Source: Halobacteriales archaeon (GTDB taxonomy: Archaea; Halobacteriota; Halobacteria; Halobacteriales; SKSH01). From it: DNA of 32,512 nucleotides. The DNA is taken from assembly GCA_007118075.1 (NCBI GenBank), contig SKSH01000191.1, positions 1 to 32,512 on the forward strand. Reading direction: 5' to 3'. Below are positions 26,423-32,512 of the stretch, piece after piece; positions within the stretch are counted from its first letter, which is position 1; each line of letters starts with the position of its first letter. The notes beneath the pieces are model-generated. The model was given only the letters and a program-made list of their open reading frames with translations, did not search any database and was not told where the DNA came from. The position numbers and the translations under genes are program-made.

Positions 26423-26505
26423 TGAGTCAAACCGATTGGAGACTCGATCGCTGATACCACGATCGCAAATGGCATTTATAGGAAATAGCGGGACCAGCGA
26501 CGGCG

Positions 26506-27744
26506 ATGGTCCCCATCCCCATCGAACCCATGATCGGGTTGGAGATGGCTATATTGCTGGTCATCTTCACACTCGGCGGGGCATCCCTCGGGGTCATCAG
26601 CGGACTCATCCCTGGACTGCATGCCAACAACTTCGCCATGTTACTCGTCGCGGTGGCACCGGCCATTCCAGCCAACCCGTTGTTCGTCGGTGTGGCCATG
26701 CTTGCCGCTGGTGTCGTCCATAGCTTCGTCGATGCGGTTCCTGCACTGGCCATCGGGGTCCCGGATGCGGATATGGCGGTGATGGCGCTGCCGGGACATC
26801 GGCTCGTCCTCGAGGGCAGGGGTCGTGAGGCACTCCGCCTATCAGCCCTCGGGAGCATTCTGGCGGTCATCCTGGCGGTCCCTTTCGCGGTGCCGATCAC
26901 CATCGGGATGATGCTCATTTACGACCAGCTCATGGCGCATGTGACAGTCATCCTGTTGGCGGTGGTGCTCGGACTGATCTTGACAGAACCCTCCATCAGA
27001 GCCGGCCTCGGTGGCCTGTTGAGCTTCTCAATGGCGGCGATGCTCGGTGAATTGACCCTCGATATGAATCCGTCGGCTCCGTTGGATGCCGGCGACATGC
27101 TCAGCCCGATCTTTGCTGGGCTCTTCGGGGCACCAACGCTGATCGATGCGTCGAAGGGTGCCGGGGTACCGCCACAGCATCGTCCGACCATCCGTTCAAC
27201 CCGACGATTGATCCTCATGACCGCCGCGGCAGGGACGGTCAGTGGGGCGATCGTCGGCTTTCTCCCCGGTATCTCGGCGGCGATCGCTGCGGTTGCCGTG
27301 CTGGCACTCGTCCCAGGTTCGGGTGGTGACCGAGGATACGTCGTGGCTACAAGTGGTGTCGACACGAGCAACACCATCTTCGCCCTGTTTGCCCTGGCAG
27401 CCTTCGGTGCGCCTCGAAGTGGGATCATCGTTGCCTACGAAGAGCTCGGCGCGCCGGTTGAGCTGGGGATCCTCGTCCTTGCAACCGTAGTTGCAGGTTG
27501 TATCGGCTATCTGGTGGTCGTCTCAATCGGTGACCGATATCTCGACATCATCGGCGCACTCGATTACACTCGGCTGAGCATCGTACTTCTCGCCGGACTT
27601 GCAATCTTGTCGTTTCTGTTCGCCGGCATAGCGGGCATCGCCGTCTATCTCATCAGCACCATGATCGGTCTGGTTCCACTTCGCATCGGAGGTCGACGCG
27701 TCCATCTCATGGGTGTCTTGATCGGGCCGATTTTGCTCGGGTGA
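26506..27744 (+). CDS. Tripartite tricarboxylate transporter TctA-family permease (DUF112)
   Basis: SGLIPGLHAN, LPGHRLVLEGRG, FAGLFG and GFLPGIS motifs, multi-TM. Start uncertain. Confidence 0.88.
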   Translation: MVPIPIEPMIGLEMAILLVIFTLGGASLGVISGLIPGLHANNFAMLLVAVAPAIPANPLFVGVAMLAAGVVHSFVDAVPALAIGVPDADMAVMALPGHRLVLEGRGREALRLSALGSILAVILAVPFAVPITIGMMLIYDQLMAHVTVILLAVVLGLILTEPSIRAGLGGLLSFSMAAMLGELTLDMNPSAPLDAGDMLSPIFAGLFGAPTLIDASKGAGVPPQHRPTIRSTRRLILMTAAAGTVSGAIVGFLPGISAAIAAVAVLALVPGSGGDRGYVVATSGVDTSNTIFALFALAAFGAPRSGIIVAYEELGAPVELGILVLATVVAGCIGYLVVVSIGDRYLDIIGALDYTRLSIVLLAGLAILSFLFAGIAGIAVYLISTMIGLVPLRIGGRRVHLMGVLIGPILLG

Positions 27745-27852
27745 GCGCACAGAACGGCTAGAAATGCTGCTTCGACCGAATGTCTCTGGGGACGGGAATC
27801 ATCACGTAGCTCCTCAGGCCATCGGATGCACAATGGGTTTGGTTAACGTCTG

Positions 27853-28197
27853 ATGGCAGTAACGCTTGACGAGACCATCCAACGCATCGAACCAGGGCTC
27901 GATGCAATCCCTCCAGCTGAGTTCGAGCAGCGTGATGACGAAATGCTCGAGACGAGACGGTTTCGAGGGGTGACCTATGAACAGGCGATCGGCTATCTTG
28001 AGAACCTCGGTGGTGCGCGGGTGAACAAGACCACGGTCGTCGGTGATGGCTGGCAAGCGAGACTCAAGCAGGGTACGGTGGCGGTTGGCCCATCCTATCG
28101 GCTCTCGGAGACGACAATCACGTGGAACGGTGACCCCGCCGTATTGGTCCCGCTCATCTACCGATTCAGACTCAAGACATTCCGTGCTCCTGGGTGA
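27853..28197 (+). CDS. Conserved hypothetical protein (DUF1952-like)
   Basis: FRGV..QAIGYLENLGG, GDGWQA.L and a C-terminal FRLKTFRAPG. Confidence 0.7.
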   Translation: MAVTLDETIQRIEPGLDAIPPAEFEQRDDEMLETRRFRGVTYEQAIGYLENLGGARVNKTTVVGDGWQARLKQGTVAVGPSYRLSETTITWNGDPAVLVPLIYRFRLKTFRAPG

Positions 28198-28260
28198 CAG
28201 GTATAACAGTCCGACTGGCAAACGACAACCGTTTTACCCGACCAACGGCAACCCGCGGCC

Positions 28261-28440
28261 ATGAGTGAAAGTGAGGCTGCAACCGAGCAGCGATGTGTCA
28301 CCTGTGGTATCAATGTGACCGGCACGAATGCTGCCACCTTCGGATGTCCATCGTGTAATCACCAGCTCCATCGATGCCCGAAGTGTCGAAAGCAGAGTAA
28401 TCCGTACGACTGCCCACAGTGCGATTTCAGGGGGCCATGA
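28261..28440 (+). CDS. HVO_2753-family (DUF1610) zinc-finger microprotein, 59 aa (not in ORF track)
   Basis: Translates as [59 protein letters not shown]. Four CxxC motifs, directly upstream of EF-1beta. Confidence 0.93.
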   Translation: MSESEAATEQRCVTCGINVTGTNAATFGCPSCNHQLHRCPKCRKQSNPYDCPQCDFRGP

Positions 28441-28442
28441 AC

Positions 28443-28709
28443 ATGGGGAAGGTTGCAACCCAGGTGAAGGTCATGCCGGCCTCGCCGGATATCGATCTCG
28501 AGGAGCTCGAAGACCGACTCGCTGCTGCATTACCCGATGGTGCAGAGCTGAACGATACCGCACACGATGCCGTGGCGTTCGGGCTCACCGCCATCATCGC
28601 GATGGTCGTGATCCCGGACGATGCAGGTGGTACCGAGGCCGTCGAAGAGGCGTTCGCCGCAGTCGATGGTGTTGAGAGCGTCTCAGTCGAAAACGTCACA
28701 CGAATCTAA
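28443..28709 (+). CDS. ef1b: Translation elongation factor aEF-1 beta
   Basis: MGKVA..KVMP.SPDIDL, VAFGL and [13 protein letters not shown]. Confidence 0.95.
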   Translation: MGKVATQVKVMPASPDIDLEELEDRLAAALPDGAELNDTAHDAVAFGLTAIIAMVVIPDDAGGTEAVEEAFAAVDGVESVSVENVTRI

Positions 28710-29365
28710 CCGTCTGGTTCTACCGCGTCTAAGTACGCCTGCAGTAGCGACGGGAAATCACGCCCACGCAGGTACCTGAGACCGAAGTCCTCTGTCCAAT
28801 CGATGATACCTGCATCCTCAGTCACGACCCCGGCATCGAGTTCTCTGGCGAGGATGAGTAGGTCAAAATCCTCACGGGAATCCAACACACCCTTTCGCAA
28901 CGAGGTACGGTACTTCTCACGTAGTTCAGCGATCAGTTCGTCGGTCACGGTCTTATGCTCGTGATCGTCCAGTGGCTCTGGCTCGAGTTGTTCTGCACGC
29001 CTGACAACCTCCTCTGAGACTCGAAGGCCGCGGTTGACCCGAGTACTCATCTCATCGATGAACTCATACACCACGTCGGCGGGGATCGACACTGCGTATC
29101 GGTCGGGATGTTTCCTGATGATCCAGGTCGCGAGCTCGTCCAAGAGCTCCTCGCTGACATCACGGGTCTCGAGCATCCGGGTACATTCATCGTATACCGA
29201 CGGCGGCATGTAACAGGAGATGCCGAGTGATAACCTGGCTCTGGAGATCAACTTGAGCAACGCCTCGACGGCCGCCTCGACATCCTGATCTTCGTCCCGG
29301 ATGTCCTGTGTGAGGAATGCAGAGGTGTCGAGCACGAATCGCTGCTTGAATGGATCGACGCTCAT
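28706..29365 (-). CDS. HARP, protein-only RNase P homolog (PIN_5; MJ_0950 'RNA ligase partner' family)
   Basis: [27 protein letters not shown] and [38 protein letters not shown]. Start at ATG 29365. Confidence 0.92.
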   Translation of the reverse strand: MSVDPFKQRFVLDTSAFLTQDIRDEDQDVEAAVEALLKLISRARLSLGISCYMPPSVYDECTRMLETRDVSEELLDELATWIIRKHPDRYAVSIPADVVYEFIDEMSTRVNRGLRVSEEVVRRAEQLEPEPLDDHEHKTVTDELIAELREKYRTSLRKGVLDSREDFDLLILARELDAGVVTEDAGIIDWTEDFGLRYLRGRDFPSLLQAYLDAVEPDG

Positions 29366-29451
29366 TGAGCGTCGATTCGAGCGCTGGTGCAAAGTAGCTT
29401 CGCTGCTATGCACAGGCAACCACTTTGGGTATAGCCACCGAAACCCACCAT

Positions 29452-30558
29452 GTGAACCCGCACGAGCTTCTCGGTCTCGACAACGCAGCGTTCGAGCGTG
29501 TCGCAGACCACCTCCAAACCCGCCGCTTTGAGGAGATCAAGTACCAGTTCCTCCCCGACTACCACAGACAGCTCGAGCGTGGGACCGTCCTCACCGGCCA
29601 GACAGCGGTCCGTGGATTCCCGAAGGTACCACGGACACTCATGCTCGAGGGTGGAATTGCCCGCCACTTCGAGGATGAGATCTACGTTGAAGAGAAGCTC
29701 AATGGCTACAACACCAGGATCGCGAGAATCGACGGTGTTACCTATGGGATCCTCAGGAGCGGGCGGATCTGCCCGTTCACCACCTGGTATGCCCGCGATC
29801 GTCTCGACCTTGAAGATATCTTCGACGCATACCCAGAGCAGGTGCTCTGTGGCGAGATGATCGGACCGGATAATCCGTATACACCACACAGCTACCCCGG
29901 TGTGGAGTCACTCGAGTTTAGGGCATTCGACGTTCGACATCGGGAATCAGGCGTCCCGATGGCTGTCACGACCAGACGGACCGTCCTCGAAGCACATGCC
30001 ATCCCACAGGTCGAGCATTTGGCGACCGTGAGCCCGACCGACGGTCATGAGATAGTTGCCAAGGTGATCGAAGATCTCGATCAAACCGGGCGCGAGGGGA
30101 TCATCATGAAATCCCCATGCGGTACAAAACAGCTCAAGTATACCACCTCATCCGCGAACCAGGGCGACCTCGCGTTCGCCTTCTCGCTCCCGTTCGACTA
30201 CGGTCAAGCGTTCATGTTCAGACGACTCATTCGGGAGGGATTTCAGTCGGTCGAGTTTGATGACGATGCAGCTCGTCGTGAACGTGCCACCTCCCTCGGG
30301 GAGGCCATTTTGACTTCGATGACCGACGCGATCGAGGCCGTCGATGCTGGAGAGCGACTCGCTGAGGACCATGCGGTCACGGCGCCACCGGCGGTTGTTG
30401 ACGACCTCTTGAACCATCTCAGAGAGATGGGTTTGCGCCTCGATATCGTCGAGGATGTCTCTCAGGTGAGTGAACGACACGTCAATTTTCGGAAAATCGT
30501 CCAATCGTCGAACGACAAGATCGACCATTACCTCGATGGAGCGATCGTTAAGGAATAA
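29452..30558 (+). CDS. ATP-dependent RNA ligase, Rnl3 (Pab1020) family
   Basis: Motif [43 protein letters not shown] and LKY. Probable GTG start at 29452. Confidence 0.93.
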   Translation: MNPHELLGLDNAAFERVADHLQTRRFEEIKYQFLPDYHRQLERGTVLTGQTAVRGFPKVPRTLMLEGGIARHFEDEIYVEEKLNGYNTRIARIDGVTYGILRSGRICPFTTWYARDRLDLEDIFDAYPEQVLCGEMIGPDNPYTPHSYPGVESLEFRAFDVRHRESGVPMAVTTRRTVLEAHAIPQVEHLATVSPTDGHEIVAKVIEDLDQTGREGIIMKSPCGTKQLKYTTSSANQGDLAFAFSLPFDYGQAFMFRRLIREGFQSVEFDDDAARRERATSLGEAILTSMTDAIEAVDAGERLAEDHAVTAPPAVVDDLLNHLREMGLRLDIVEDVSQVSERHVNFRKIVQSSNDKIDHYLDGAIVKE

Positions 30559-30561
30559 CCC

Positions 30562-31719
30562 TCAGCGAGCCTGGTCGAAGGCTTGATCGAGATCGGCGAT
30601 CAGATCGTCGATGTGCTCGACGCCGACACTGGCTCGGATGAGGCCATCGGCCAGTCCAGATGCCCGACGCTCTTCGGCTGGGACAGCGGCGTGCGTCATC
30701 GTCGCTGGCTGCTCGATCAGACTCTCAACTCCACCGAGGCTCTCAGCCAGCGTGAAAACCGAGAGACTGCTGACGATCTCACTCGCCGTCTCAAGCGCAC
30801 AATCGAGTTCGAAGCTGACCATCCCACCGTAGCCGCTCATCTGCCGTGTGGCGACCTCGTGGCCGGAATGGTCGGGAAGGCCAGGGTAGTAGACCTCATC
30901 GACGAGCGGGTCATCATCCAACCATTCTGCTAGCACCATCGCATTCGAGCAGTGCCGCTCCATGCGGAGCGGGAGCGTCTTCGTCCCACGGAGTACGAGG
31001 AAACACGCGAACGGATCGATCGTCGCTCCAACCGCATTCTGATGGAAGCCGAACGCTTCATCGAGCTCTGCATCATCGGTGAGGAGCGCACCGCCGACAA
31101 CATCGGAGTGACCACCGAGGTACTTCGTCAAGGAGTGGCAAACGAAGTCTGCACCGAGATCCAACGGTCGCTGGAGATACGGGGTCGCGAACGTGTTATC
31201 GACTCCATAGAGGGCGTCGGCTTCAGCTGCCACCTCGGCGATCGCCTCGATATGGACCACCTTCAAGAGTGGATTCGTCGGGGTCTCCAACCAGAGCAAC
31301 TCGGTCTCTGGGCGGACAGCTGATCGAACCGCATCGAGATCGGTCATATCGACGAACGTGAACTCCAGGTCGTATCCCTCGTATACCTGGGTGAAGAGGC
31401 GGTGTGTCCCACCGTAGAGATCTCGCTCGGCGACGACGTGATCGCCCGCCTCGAGCAGGTTCATGACGGTGTTGATCGCGCCCATCCCGCTCGAGAACGC
31501 ACGCCCATACGCAGCCCCCTCGAGGGCTGCGAGGTTCGCCTCGAGCGTCTCTCTGGTCGGATTGCCGGTCCGAGCGTATTCGTAGCCTCGATCATCCCCT
31601 GGGGCATCCTGCTCGAAGGTGGATGACGCGTAAATCGGGGGCATCACCGCCCCGGTGGCCGGGTCTGGTTCCTGTCCGCCGTGGATCGCCGTGGTCTCGA
31701 AGGCGTGCTCCTCGTCCAT
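30562..31719 (-). CDS. metB: Cystathionine gamma-synthase/lyase (PLP-dependent, Cys/Met metabolism)
   Basis: [41 protein letters not shown] and [11 protein letters not shown]. Synthase versus lyase activity cannot be resolved from sequence. Confidence 0.92.
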   Translation of the reverse strand: MDEEHAFETTAIHGGQEPDPATGAVMPPIYASSTFEQDAPGDDRGYEYARTGNPTRETLEANLAALEGAAYGRAFSSGMGAINTVMNLLEAGDHVVAERDLYGGTHRLFTQVYEGYDLEFTFVDMTDLDAVRSAVRPETELLWLETPTNPLLKVVHIEAIAEVAAEADALYGVDNTFATPYLQRPLDLGADFVCHSLTKYLGGHSDVVGGALLTDDAELDEAFGFHQNAVGATIDPFACFLVLRGTKTLPLRMERHCSNAMVLAEWLDDDPLVDEVYYPGLPDHSGHEVATRQMSGYGGMVSFELDCALETASEIVSSLSVFTLAESLGGVESLIEQPATMTHAAVPAEERRASGLADGLIRASVGVEHIDDLIADLDQAFDQAR

Positions 31720-31759
31720 AGTCGAACACAACGTCGCCAGGGACACAAGACCTTGCGGT

Positions 31760-32098
31760 TCAATACAGCGGGAGGTGACCGGTCACCGAATCGATGTCAG
31801 CTTCCGATGCGGGGCCGATCCCGAGCGTGGTGACCGTCCCCGGTTCGAGTTCGGTCCGACCAGCATCGGTGATGAGGGCTGCTGGAAGGTTGCGACGTAC
31901 GGCTTCACGCTCAAGCTCCTCGAGGGCAGCCTTCGTCGGTACCCGAAGCACCACCTTGCGCTGTCCTCGAGCCAACCACGCATCACGATCGGCGTTATCG
32001 GTCACATCGGCCGCACTGACCGCCGCATGGGCGACCTGGGCCGCGAGTTTGCCGACGCCAAGATCGAGATCGCCACGGACCACGATCACCTGCTTCAT
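31760..32098 (-). CDS. pth2: Peptidyl-tRNA hydrolase Pth2
   Basis: [20 protein letters not shown] and [19 protein letters not shown]. Confidence 0.96.
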   Translation of the reverse strand: MKQVIVVRGDLDLGVGKLAAQVAHAAVSAADVTDNADRDAWLARGQRKVVLRVPTKAALEELEREAVRRNLPAALITDAGRTELEPGTVTTLGIGPASEADIDSVTGHLPLY

Positions 32099-32191
32099 CA
32101 GATGGAGTCGGTCCCGCCGAGGGTAAAATCCTGGCTATCGACCGTGGGCAGAAACGGGAGGATTATTTGGTCCGACGGGGTGGGTCGGCAT

Positions 32192-32512
32192 ATGATCCTC
32201 TCTGACCGGGACATCAAGAAGCGACTCGAGGAGGGGTCGCTTGTGATCGATCCGCTCGATGATCCGGAGCTGCAGATCCAACCGGCGAGTGTCGATCTCA
32301 GACTCGGCGGCGAGTTCCTCGAGTTTCGACAGAGCAACATCCCATACATCAACCCTGATAGCCCGGCGCAGGTCGAGGATTACACCCAACGGACGATCGT
32401 CGAGGACGTCGAGATCATCGGACAGACAACACTCGACTCGGGAACGAACGTCGAGCACTACAACACGGACAAATTCATCCTCCATCCGGGAGATTTCGTC
32501 CTTGGCACTACC
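32192..32512 (+). CDS. dcd: dCTP deaminase, 5' part (runs off the window; not in ORF track)
   Basis: Hand translation gives MILSDRDI...[12 protein letters not shown]...[13 protein letters not shown]. Confidence 0.93.
   Translation, partial: MILSDRDIKKRLEEGSLVIDPLDDPELQIQPASVDLRLGGEFLEFRQSNIPYINPDSPAQVEDYTQRTIVEDVEIIGQTTLDSGTNVEHYNTDKFILHPGDFVLGTT

Overview
This is a gene-dense chromosomal segment of a halophilic archaeon (class Halobacteria), judged from the acidic proteins, mostly leaderless genes with TATA boxes about 25-30 nt upstream, and archaeal ribosomal proteins. Housekeeping blocks include rpl11-[PHP]-rpl1-rpl10-rpl12, msrA, cutA, an ADP-forming acetate-CoA ligase with its DRTGG partner, a Fluc pair, EF-1beta with an HVO_2753-type zinc finger, pth2 and a partial dcd. 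The most notable observations are four. (1) A putative uncharacterised metabolic cluster at 13.7-20.3 kb: an M24-fold enzyme with altered ligands, a tandem EthD protein, an HD protein, an SDR and a ThDP enzyme. (2) A protein-only RNase P homolog (HARP) divergent from an Rnl3 RNA ligase. (3) An orphan IS200/IS605 left end with IS608-like TTAC/AAAG geometry that truncates a GNAT gene and sits on a PAC2 promoter. (4) A 13-aa two-Cys upstream ORF in frame with a luciferase-like gene. Several real small ORFs are missing from the supplied track. No rRNA, tRNA or CRISPR array was recognised. All family calls come from motif recognition by eye, not from database searches.
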